64,000 nt of DNA from Felis catus. Taxonomy: Eukaryota. Under the pieces are notes generated by a model. It searched no databases. It was not told the origin of the DNA and saw nothing but the letters and a program-made list of their open reading frames with translations. The position numbers and the translations under genes are program-made. Each line of letters opens with the position of its first letter. The first letter of the stretch is position 1. The stretch lies in assembly GCF_018350175.1 (NCBI RefSeq), contig NC_058368.1:198774001-198838000 (forward strand). Reading direction: 5' to 3'. Shown here in pieces: positions 24,846 to 36,789 of the stretch.

Positions 24846-26554
24846 AAAGGGTCATGAGAAAACTTTGGAGGTGATGGATACAATTATTATCTTGATTAGG
24901 GTGATGGTTTCACAGATGCACATGTATCAAAACCACATTGTATATTTTAAAATGTGTAGTTTATTATATGTCAATTGTACCACCATAAAACTGTTGATAA
25001 TATTCTACACGTACAGAAATTAAGAGAGATTCTTTTCTATCATCTCTGGTTAAAAGCATTGAAAGTATGTATTGTGGAGAATTTATGGCCCTTTTCTTGG
25101 GTTGCTTTCCAGTGAAGAGTTATTTTAAACAGGCTAAGTTAATATCCATGGTTTAAAAAAAGAGAACTGTGACTGGGGAAAGACTTCACAAAAATACCAA
25201 TTTCTGGACGATCATATGTAGCAGAATTGTTAAGGTTAAATATGTAAGCAGTTAAAACTAAGATTAAGATGTTATCAAATCTGTCAATTTAATGTGTAGA
25301 TTTTAAAAATCTCAGTGCTAATAAAATAAGACAGATTGATCTGTCTGCACAGCGGCATCAATTAATCAAAGAAATTCATATGACAGATTCATTATACAAA
25401 GAGTGAGAGATTTCTCGGAGTAAACCAGTTGTGGTTCATTCCACAGGGATACTCAAAAGCTTAGTGCTACAGTATTCTTTTTCCAACCTTAGCAGTTATA
25501 TTTATGAAAAATTTTCCTGTTGGTGATTACACAATGGGCAGGATGCAGGTCTCACACAAAGTTGGAGGTTGAAGGGGAGAAAAAAAAGCAGTAACACTCA
25601 AATGAACCAATGTATTAAAAAGCATCTGATTCCAGACCACATTGGAATAATTTGTGTCTTAAGAACACGATTTGTACGTGTGGGTAAAATATCCTCTTTC
25701 ATTCAGGAATCTACAGCTTTAAATTATCTGCTTGAGCTGATCCTGTGCTATCCAGATTGTATCTCAGGTTAAAGTTTTCCAAGCAGACCTTACTTTGGCA
25801 TAAAAAGTAAGATATTTTTATTTGCATTTTTCCTTCATTTTTGTGAGTGTCCGCAAGATGGCTGGTTGAGAGTGGTAATGGGTATGTTTGTTGGTTACAT
25901 TCTATACATAACACTCTAAGAGGGTAGAACATAACCTATTTGCTCTCTGTCCTTTGCCATTAGTGATCCCAACAAGTTCTTTTGGGGTCTGCTGTGTTCT
26001 TTAAGGTGATGGTGCATTTTAAATTTGGGGTGTATAAGTAGAAAACCTCTTTCCCCTTTCTAGTTTTTTTTCTTCCAAAGTCCTTTAAATAGATTTAGAT
26101 GTCAATGAATTTTCCCTCTTACTCATTAGATTAAATCTCAGTAAGTAGGGACGGATTAATATAAGCTGCTAAATTGAAAATGCAGAGGTTTGGTTGTCGA
26201 GTGTGGGGATTTATAGTACATAATAGATTAGTACATAAGCATGTTGGTATTTTTTCAATGTGGGCTGTCTTTGATGCTGTTACTCTTTTATATATGGTTG
26301 TCTTTTTTTTTTTTTTACAAATATTTATCTAGTTGTAGAGCATTAGGTCTCCTTGAGCAGATGAAAACCTGTTTAAATGGTAGTGTGGAAATATCCAAAA
26401 TGATCATGCCTTGAAGTTAGAATCTGGAAAATAGCCAAAGGTTTTAGATGTATCCCTGAACAGACTTAAAGTTTTCTAGTTATTCTAGATTCTACGTGTG
26501 TGCGTAAAAATTCCTGAGATTCAAGCTGAAAGCATTTAATTCTGTAGTCTTCTT

Positions 26555-26785
26555 TTTTTTTTTTTTTTTTTTTTTTTCCTCAGCGTTTTTATTTATTTTT
26601 GGGACAGAGAGAGACAGAGCATGAACGGGGGAGGGGCAGAGAGAGAGGGAGACACAGAATCTGAAACAGGCTCCAGGCTCTGAGCCATCAGCCCAGAGCC
26701 TGACGCGGGGCTCGAACTCACGGACCGCGAGATCGTGACCTGGCTGAAGTCGGACGCTTAACCGACTGCGCCACCCAGGCGCCCC
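26555..26785 (-). mobile_element. Very young SINEC_Fc-type SINE
   Basis: CpGs intact, long pure poly-T, perfect TSD aattctgtagtcttctt at 26538-26554 and 26786-26802. Confidence 0.97.
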
Positions 26786-29700
26786 AATTCTGTAGTCTTC
26801 TTAATTCTGGGTGAGAATGAGGGCAGGCAGCAGTGGCTGAAATTTTAGAATGAAAATGTGGACCGCTCTCCATTCTCCAAAACTGGTAAACATAAAACCA
26901 TTTTCTTAAGGTTCCATCAGGTTTGTTTTCTCTGAGTTTGTTATGTGTGTTACTGTCATGAATTTTAAACCTTTGCTACAGATTTCGGTGAGGACTCAAA
27001 GAAAAATCAATTATGCTGGGGGATTTTTGGCAGAGGTGTATCAGGAATTGTACCGTGAAAAAAAGAGCAACACCAAACCCAAGAATGTCTTTATTAGTGG
27101 TTGCTTTTTAAAATTTCTTGGAGGTTACTTTATTTCTTCAAATCCTTGAAAGAGTCCATATATGCAAGAGAGCTGAGAGGAAAGACCCCAAATCCAGTCC
27201 CATACCTCTACCTACAGTGAAGGAGTAACAATTCAGAGCCCCCCCTCCAAAAAAAAAAAAATGAGAAGAACAAATACAGATGAAGTCCAGACACCTTGGT
27301 GGAAGATCCTTTCTTTCTAAATATTTATTATTAGCCTTTGCCATGGCTCATGTGTTTTTGTTTTTTTTCAAACAACCCTGTCTCTCCTCTATTTAAGGTC
27401 AAGTGCCTTCTCCTATCCGTGTCCTAGGTGGGCTTGATGTTTTGGTGTTCTGAGTTTTGGAGCTTCTTTATAGTAGTCCTTTCGTTGCAGGCATTAAACA
27501 TCTTCTTGTCTCCTACATAGGGCCCTAAGTGTTCCTTTGTCCTGTTACTGCCTGGACCTAAGACGACAACATACTGCTTTCTTCTTGGATGAACCTTTCC
27601 ATCCCATGTCTTCCCTTCCTTCAGGTTTCCAAATTGTGTTTCTCTTCTAATCAGTGGAGAAAGAAAAGAAAAGGAAAAGGAAAAAAAAAAAATCAAGGAA
27701 CAATGTATGTTAATTTTCCTTGATTTTTTTTCTTCCATTGTAATTTGAAAGAGGCTATAATACCACGGTTTTGGAGTTTTCTGTTCTATCTCATTCTTCC
27801 TTTCTCCAAAATGATAATACTTTGAGTGTAAAGGTATTTATTTACTTTATTTGCACTAGGGAATGAGGATGTGAACTTTACAAGTCTTGCAAGGTTTTAT
27901 CTACCAAGTCTTTGGTCTGAGACTCATGATCAACCTCCTTCCCTACTATTCTAAGATGGAATTTAACAAAACGAGACCATGTGAAAACAGAGTCCTATGT
28001 TATAGTTTTTCTGTCCTCAGGTAAAAGGAAAACCCTTAGGCATTGCCTTGCACAAAAAGCATTGAGTGCTGCCCAGATTTAAAGGGTCAAAATAGTTGAC
28101 TTCACTTTGATTAAAAGAATTCTCGTTTAATATGGTGCTGGGATTTTAGGTTAATGTGATTTTGACACTGACAGGACACTTCACCACCATTATCATCCTC
28201 AGACACTGAGATTTTCCCAAAATCGGTAGAATGCTAGTCCTCTGTTATTTACAGTATTACTGAGATTCTTCTGTTTTCAGACACATAGAATTGTACTGTG
28301 CTTTAAGAAAACCCTATGTAGAGAAACACATTAGTAGCTTTTATTAAATAATATGTAGTATTCAAAAATTATTGGTGTCATAAAAGGTTTTGCTCCAAAT
28401 TTTCTTTAAAGTAATGAAGTCCCAATACATGTTAAGTTATTTGATTAAGTATTATCAAGACCATTTCTAAGGCATAAATTCTGAAATTTACTTTCTGGTC
28501 CATCTTACGGAGTTTCAAAATTACTGCCACCTACCATGTGCAATTAGCAAATACAAATGTACCTTCAGGTTAAGTTGCTTTGGGGAAATTCTCCATCAGC
28601 TGTTATGATATTCAAGTCTTACATACTCCTTCAATCATCATCTGGGACAAAACGTCTCTGTGAAAGAAGAAAAGGAGAAAGAAAGAATGAGTACAAGATA
28701 AGGAAATCTAGTAAGAGCATAGAAACTTTGGAAATGAAGCCCTTGCTCTTTACTCACATATTTTTATACCTCCTGTCTTAATAACTACCCGGGTCTCATC
28801 TTGGTTTTTCAGTGGGAGAAGCTGAATTGTTAACCTTGATCGGCAGTATGGCTACGAAAATTTTTATTTGGACTATTGGTTTTCAAAGTTTTGTCTGTTA
28901 TTTTTCATATGGCTCTTAGATAGGCTAGGGCCTGGTACCATTTTAAAGGGAAGCTGGCTGAGAACTGAGAAAAATTTGAGGCTGACCAGATTGTATCCCA
29001 AAGTGTAAAGCCCCATAGCAATACAGTGTGAGCCCTGAGGCAGAAAAGAAGGAGTCTCAGAGGAACATGTCCTTCTTGCATACCGTCCCTTTCTGGGAAA
29101 CGTGTGCAGGGAGTTCACTGGGGGCAGGTCACCAGAGGAGGACACGAGGGGCACGTACAGGACAGCCACGTGTGCATCATTTGGCCCATGTGCTGACCAT
29201 ATGAAACTGTCTTTGGGACCGGAAAATGCCTGACATGGCTAACCTAGAATATATCACTTTGCTGGTTCCTGGCACCGTCCTTGTTTTTAATGTGCAGTGG
29301 ATGCTGTTGCGCTGTTTGTACAATGCAGCAAGCTTACCGACCTGGGGGAGCTGAAACAAACAAAAAGTTAGCTCCTGCAGTTCTACACCGAGTTTTAAAA
29401 CAAAACATTTTAATATCTGTAGCTGGAAGGGAAATGTTTGGAGCTTTGTAACTGGCAGGCAGGCGTATAGCGACTGAAGAAGGGATGATTCCGGGGCCAG
29501 TTTTGGACACAAAACTGAATAAATGGAAAAGAACCCAGGCAGGACAGTCTCCTGTCTGGCTTCCCAGTAAAGTCAGAGGGGACAGTCCTGGCAGTACTAT
29601 GGATTTGTATGCTGGGATAGATATAAACAGCAAAACCCTCAACCCTGTGGCTATAAAAAGAAATATTTTTTATGATATATTCATTGTTTAAGAGCAGCCA

Positions 29701-30544
29701 GTGAGTTTTGTGTAACATTTGTGCCTATGCAGTTCAAAAACCAGAATTCTGTCTGCTTGTGTGCTTAAGCTCTTTCAGATGTTTTTATTGTGTAACATCG
29801 TCTCCAGATTCTTCTTTTAATGTATGGTTCATTTTTTCCCCCCCTCACAATCTGTTAAAAGATCAGTTTGTGTGAATCTTGACACTGTGATGCTATTTCA
29901 TGGTTTTAATTTGAATGTGAGTTGTTGCAGCTGGAAGCATAAGATTAATGCCACAGACTTGTTTGTCGCAAAAACAGATATTTTACACGGAGTCAAGATG
30001 TGTTGAAAAATTGCTTATATTTCACTGGACGTAAGTCACGTTTTGATTCACTTTTGAATTCTTATAATTTGAATTATTCTGAAACAAATAGATGTGTATC
30101 TGGTAATATAACTGGCCATTGAAGGTATTTGAAAGGTGGCTTGAATAATGGCCTATTAAGTACATAGTCCGTTAATTAGCCAGAGCTTTTTTTTTTTGCT
30201 GCAAAAATTGTTTTAAATCAGTCTGAGAGTCTATGTAAAAGGTGGAGAACATGGTTATAGAGTTTAAAATTTTGTTTTTGACTGCCTGTGCATTTTTATA
30301 TACTTCGATAGTGTACCTACATAACAGAATGAAGCTCCTGGTCTCCCATACCTGCTGGCATGTGGAGAGTTCTGGACACACAAGACATGGCGGTGACTTA
30401 TGGCTCCTCCACCGTCACTCTGGGTTAATGGGTGTATTTCCTGCAGTGGCCCAAGCCATCCTTCTCCAAAGCAATGTCAGGAAAGTTGGGTATGCTTTTT
30501 CCTTCAGAAGTGAGTCTCACAAGTCATGTGAAACCTGTTATGGC

Positions 30545-32650
30545 ATTCTGTCCTTCAACTCTTGCATCATATAAGATAACCTGAAACTATACATGTTAAA
30601 TCAGATGCTACTTAGTCTGATTATATCAGGTAGGAATTGGCTCTTTTCAGATATCTGAGGTGTGGCTTCACAGTCTCAAATACTTCCATGGTGAGGAAGT
30701 CAACGTTTCAGAAAGTATATGTTTACGTGCCATATTTGAAGGGTTGTAATTATTGCAATTCGTGATAATTTGCCAAAATCTACCTTTCTGCCTCTTTGCT
30801 GAAACGACCCTCTTCTGCTTTGTGGAGCACGCTCAACAAATAACAGACCTTCCCTACACAGTCATTCAGAAACATGAAACTTGTTATCATATATTCTGGA
30901 AGATCCTCTTCCAAGCTAAATACCTTTCATTTCTTCAACTATTTTCCATGTTATATAATAGTATCCAGGTTCATCACCATCCTGGTGGTCACCTTTGTGG
31001 TAATCCCTTATAAAACCTGTATCTGAAAGCATGCTGTTCTAGATGTGGTCTGGCCACGTCTTTTCTTTCAGACACTTAGATTTCTCTTATAGTCAACAGT
31101 CCAAGCCATAGCACCTCATTGGTTCATGTTGGATATGCTGTCAGAATACCCAGCTGTTTTAAGTCAGGGCTCCTCTGTTCTTGCACAGTTGATTTTTTTT
31201 AAGTTCCAAACTCCAGACATTACTTATATCTCTATTAAATTTCATTATGTAAGCACTGGCTCATTGTTCCAGCTTGTCAAGAACTTTTTGCCTTTTTTTA
31301 TTCTGTCCTCCAACATATTAGCAATTTCTTACAGGCTTGTGCCATCTGTAAATCTTGAAATGATACCTTTAAAGTTTTTATTCAATTAAAATGTATAAAC
31401 ATGTATCAAATTGTCTACTTTGAGCCAGTCTCATGCTCTCTCCTAGGGATAACAAGATGACTGGCATGTAATCATTCCTTTAGGGAGCTCACAAGCTGTG
31501 GGGAATAATAGACATGTAATTATAGAACTATAATGCCCTGTGTTAATTGCTGTAATAGAGTTATGTGTAAAGTGCTAGGGGAACCAAGGTTGGTTGTAAA
31601 TCGTAGAAGACCCAACCCCTTCTGTGGCTCAGCTCCATGAATTTTTGGATATGGCTGTTAAATCACTTCTAATGCTGCCTGACTACTGTCATCTGATTTA
31701 CTTTTTCTTTCTTGCCCAAGGATACGGCAAGAGACTTGTTAAATATTTTGCTGAAATGATCTCACACAATGCTATTCCCAAAATGTACCAACCTGGTGAG
31801 CCAGTCCAGAAGGAACTGAGAATTATTTTTGAAAGACTTCTTAGTGACTCCATGATGGCTCATGATTATCATTTTTTTTTTTTAATCTGGGTTGATATTT
31901 GCCTATTCTCAGTCTCCCGGTAACTTTCCCATTCTTCATGGTTGTATCACAGTGCTTAGAGGAGTTTTGTGATGATGTCTGAGTTTTTCTGCTATCTTGG
32001 TATGTAATCTGTCTGGATCTGGAGACTTGCATTAACTTAAAGAAGCTTGGTGCACTCCCTCCTCACTCCAAATTTACCTTCTTTTAACTCTTTACAGATT
32101 GAAATCGTTCTTTTGAGCCTACCCTGTTGTTTATCTATCTGTTCTTCATAACATTTTTACGAGTATAAATTCATTTTAGCCCTTACTCTTCTTTTCCCTT
32201 CTTATAGTTTCATCCTCCATTAAGGTCATGGGCTGGTTTTTCCTCTCCTTCTCCTCCTCCGATTATGTTGAAACCCTGAAGTCTAATATAAATGACCATC
32301 ATTGATATTATGGTATCTAGAATAACCTATCCACCATTTCTTCTTTGATAGTCCCAATTAAATTCAGAGATTTGACCTCTTTGTTGTTTTCTCATCTTCT
32401 TTGCCATGAGATTGTCAACTGAATAATGTAGACATCTATCAGAACTGAGGGCTTTTTAGGAGCCATGTTTAATGACATCTGGCTCTGATGGCAGAACTGT
32501 TAGCAAAACTGGACAAGGCAAGTATTTGGCCATGAACAGTGCTCTTATGGTACTGCCAGCATTTCCCATTCTGTCTCCTTGGGGTTCTGTCACTAACTTA
32601 CCCTCTTTCTCGTTTTCCTCAGTACATCTATCCGTACTCCTAATTCAGTC
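30545..32650 (-). mobile_element. L3/CR1 LINE, about 2 kb, with an L2-like piece inserted at about 31390-31590
   Basis: Minus strand gives AGA TTT ACA GAT GGC ACA (RFTDGT, degenerate KFADDT; about 31337-31355), 'aaaaagttcttgacaagctggaacaatgagcc' and 'gagccatcatggagtcactaagaag' (SQHGF-like region), all matching L3 RT as I recall it. Confidence 0.8.
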
Positions 32651-32696
32651 TCATTTGTGTGTAATTTTGACTCTTTAATGTGGCTTGACAATTTCT

Positions 32697-32937
32697 TGTT
32701 TATATTTTTTTATTTAAAAAAAATTTTTAGAGCACAAGTTGGGGAGGGGGCAGAGGAGGGGGGGGAAAGAGAGAGAGAGAGTGTGAATGAATGAATGAAT
32801 GAATGAATGAGAATCTTAATCAGGCTCCACACACAGCATGGAGCCCAAAGCAGTGCTTGATCCCATGACCCTGGGATCATGACCCAAGCCAAAATCAAGA
32901 TTTGGATGCTCAACTGACTGAGCCACCCAGGCACACC
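32697..32937 (-). mobile_element. CAN-SINE with internal (GAAT)n
   Basis: TSD ggcttgacaatttct at 32682-32696 and 32938-32952. Confidence 0.92.
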
Positions 32938-32959
32938 GGCTTGACAATTTCTAATTATT

Positions 32960-33160
32960 TCTTTTAATGTTTGTTGTTGTTTTTTTTTTTTTTTTTGAGA
33001 GAGCACAAGCCAGGAAAGGGACACAGAGAGGGACAGAGGATCTGAAGTGGGCTCTGTGCTGACAGCAATGATCCCAATGTGGGGCTTGAGCTCATGAACC
33101 AATAAGATCATGACCTGAGTTAAAGTTGGATGCTCAACCAACTGAGCCACCCAGGTGCCC
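32960..33160 (-). mobile_element. CAN-SINE (SINEC_Fc-type)
   Basis: TSD tgacaatttct(a/g)attatt at 32942-32959 and 33161-33178. Confidence 0.92.
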
Positions 33161-33479
33161 TGACAATTTCTGATTATTAATGATAAATTATTGATAATTG
33201 ATAATTATTAATTATAAAGTAACTTAACTCTGTTTCTGTGTAGAACTTCCCAAATCTTTTATATATCTGTTGTCCTGTGTATTTTGGTATAGATCTGACA
33301 AATATCCCGATTATTTTATAAAAGCATATATTTTTGAGTTACTGAATGGTTTTTAGATTAGATATTAAAAGCAGAATTGAAAAAAAAATAAAAGCAGAAT
33401 GGAAAACATTTTAAGGCCCTTAATAATAAATAGTACAAAGTGACATTATAGAAAGCTTTCACAGATATACGTCCCTGTA

Positions 33480-34170
33480 TAGGGTTCTATTCTATTATCT
33501 TGTTGCATGCATCTTTTCTATTGTTGCAGGACATCGTTTAGATACTTTTAGGCAATTTGATACCTGAAAAATGGTGCCATATAATTTCAGTTTGCATGTT
33601 TTGGATAACTGAGATTAGGTATATCACCTTTGTTCCTGTCTCTTTGTGTCTATTTATCATTTTGATGTTGAAAATAAGGCTATTTTTATACACCAGTTAC
33701 TCCAGGTGAATTTTTGGGTTGAAAGATTCCCTTGAGATTTTGATTGGTAATGCATGAAACTCACTAGTAAATCTGGAAAGAATTGAAATACTATTTTTAG
33801 TCTTCCTGTCTAAAGAGATGACCTGGTGCTTTGTTTGTGCGAGCACTGTTTGTTCAAATGTTGGGATTTTTCCATAGTAGCATATTTTACTGTTATTGCA
33901 TGAGTTTTTAAATTTTTAGTAGTAGTAAAAAGATTTTAAAGCATTTAAATTTTGTTTCTAATCACCTTATGGAACCATATTATTGAAGTCTTCTAGTTAA
34001 TTCTCTTGGCTTTGTAGCTATACGGCCATTATCTGCAAATAATGATCATTTTAATCTCCTTTCCATTGGTTATTCCTCTTTACATCAGTCTCTTGCCTTG
34101 TTGTATTGGCTAGAACATTAAGAACAATGCTAAATAATTCTGATGATAGAACCACAATTTTTATTCCTCT
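33480..34170 (-). mobile_element. Old L1 (L1ME-type) fragment, antisense
   Basis: 'gagattttgattggtaatgcatgaaac', 'tatctgcaaataatgatcatttt', 'ttggctagaacattaagaacaatg'. Confidence 0.75.
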
Positions 34171-34299
34171 GCACCTCGTATAAAAGGTTTTCAGCATATA
34201 AAAGGTACTCTGAAACTGGAGCGGGTTGACTTGAATTTAGCTGTCAGAGCTTTGATTCTAGCTGGCAAACTAGAAACTGTGCATAAATAAAAATAGTAC

Positions 34300-34625
34300 A
34301 AGATAGAAAGTTACACATGACATTAAAAACTATGGATAACTACTCTTTAGTGGAGGAAAAAAGATGATATACAAGTGCAGTAAAAGGAATGGTTGTGGTG
34401 CAGGTGGCATTTTAATGCAGGACTTGAGAATAGATTGTGCTCAAAGATAGAGAGGAGGTTCCCAGCCAAGGGAAAAGACATATGCAGAGGCGGTGGCACT
34501 TGGGGAACATGATGGGCATAAGATAAAATGTGAGCAGTCATTTTGGCCACTGCAAAGATTTCCTAAGTGGTGTAGAAGGATTTGAGGATAGAAATGACCA
34601 CTTGGGTTAGACCATTGGGAACCTC
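34300..34625 (-). mobile_element. L2 fragment
   Basis: 'ggaggttcccagccaagggaaaagacatatgcagaggc' typical of antisense L2. Confidence 0.6.
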
Positions 34626-35839
34626 GAATGGCAGCTAAGCTATTTTGACCTGACCAATGCTTCCCAAGACTTTTCACATCAGATGCATGGGAAATAATAT
34701 TTTTATGACATTGAGATAAACAGAAACCACTTCCTGCAAGAGGTGATGACAAGAAATGGGGGGATTATGCCCCAGGTCCCACTGGACACCCTAATGGCTG
34801 CCAAATTTCAACACATCTGTAATCCTTCCGATGTATGTACATGTTAGGAAGGTGAGATTTTATCAAGGGATAGTTTCTTTCTGATTTCAGTTTAAAGCTG
34901 TTTTGAACTTTCTACTGAGCAAACTACCTCTTCTCTCTCTCTATCTCTCTTTCTCTTTCTCTCCCCCCCTTCCTCCCCCCCCTTCCTCCTCACATGTCCC
35001 ACATGTTTTCAGTTCCCATTTCAAGTACCACTAGTCCTATTGATCTTCCCTTCAGAACCTTAGCTTTTAATTGTAAGAAGAGATCCCAGTCTTCTGTGTT
35101 CCAAGTGCTTTAACTTCCTATCTAGATTGTGGTTATCAGTGATAAATTTTAGATTTCTCAGGTGTGTATCATTACACTTGTTTCAACCTACTTGCTTTTG
35201 AGAATAATTACAGCTCAGTACTAGTGCAGCGGGGTGATGATATGGAATTCTCTCAAGGTTTCCTGTGGTCCCCCAGTAAGTAAACAGACCACCACCTCTG
35301 ATAATTTCAGGGAACTAGCATATGGCTTTGAAATAATAACCAAATTGTTACACTTCAAATCTGAAAGAACTATTGTAGGCTATAGACAAAATTATCTTAA
35401 TGGATGATTTTTCTGTTAAAGGTCTTCCCTTAAAGAAACAAGTTTAAAATACTATAGTACCATAATTTGACAACATTAAATTTCCATTAGCTGTTGCATT
35501 AGCAAAAAAGGTGTTTCTTAGAACACTTACTGTATCTGTCTTGGCATTTAACCAATTAAACTAATTAAGAGTATAAAAATAGATTTTGATGAAATATTAA
35601 GATTTTAATACTGAGAATAGGTTGAAAACCTTATAATTTGACTTTAAGACTTTGAAATTCTTACATGTTATACTTTTCATAGTAGTATCTCAGTTGGACA
35701 TTTTGGAAACAGCTGAGGTTATGGTTTTAGTACTGAGATATTATTTGAACAACTGGATATTTGATTTTAAGGATTTGTTGTTAATTTCTTTTTGGTGTAA
35801 TTTATATCTTGGTTATATCTTTAAAATCCTTGTCTTTTA

Positions 35840-36025
35840 GAAACATAGACCAAAATATTTACCCATGAGATCATATGATACTTGAAATTTGCTTCAAAAT
35901 AATATGAAGGAGGAATTAGGGTAAGGCTGGATTGGCCAGAACTGATGGTTGTCAAAGCTGAGTGATGGTGTTTGTCATACTTTTTTGTTACTTATATATG
36001 TTCTAAATTCTCCATAATAATGAAA
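35840..36025 (+). mobile_element. Old L1M 3' terminal fragment
   Basis: 'aaatttgcttcaaaataat...gattggccagaactgatggttgtcaaagctgagtgatgg...aaattctccataataa'. Confidence 0.7.
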
Positions 36026-36789
36026 ATATCGGTATAAATACATCATTTATTTGATGAACACCAAAAACCTTACAATACTGTCCAGGAGGAAGTAGATAAC
36101 TCTTTCATGCTGCATTAAATCTGAGAATCGCTATACCTTTTATTTCTAGTCTGTCTTTTTTTTTTTAATTTTTATTTCATAGATGTTGATCTTGGCTCTT
36201 TTAAAATATTCTGATTTTCTGATTTGCTTTCTTTCGTAGCTGTCTCTTCTTGCTACTGTCCACGTGCCTGACTCTGGTGGTTTCTATTTCTCCTGTCTCC
36301 CACATAATGACTTACTACTTCTAATATGCTCTGAGCAGGGAGCCAAGAAACTAAGTGTGATCACATTTTTTTTTTTCTAGGCAAGATTTTCGTGTGGGCC
36401 TGAGGGACTTTTTAGAGTGGTTAAGCATGTGAGCTTTAGAATGTTAATTTGGGGCCTTTCTGTTGGCTACCCCATGGCTCCTGGTTTTTAGCTGTGTTCT
36501 GGATAGTTGAGGGATCCCATATATGTTTAGATACATTGTACAGTCATATGTCTTGAGATTGCAAGGGTGGGGAGAGGTTGGTTTTTTTTTTAATTTTTCT
36601 TCTTAATGCAGTGATGATGACATTGGAAGTAAAATTATTTACAGCTCCTCTAAAAGAAACTTAACTTTCCAATTGTTACTTAGGGATCAGAAGAATATAT
36701 ATGCTGTTATGGGAAATACTTTGCAGCACATGTAAATTGAAGCCTAAATGACATCATGTCATAAAGGTATTATCAGTTCAGTGACCTGC

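Larger units (their letters stand above)
20000..25000 (+). mobile_element. Composite old L1 (L1M) block hosting younger L1 and SINE insertions
   Basis: L1 ORF2/3' phrases: 'gacctaaatataaa...aaacttctagaagaaaac', 'ttagggaaatacaaattaaaaccac', 'ggtacaaccactttgaaaaacagtttgg', 'acatggatgaatctc'. Confidence 0.85.
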
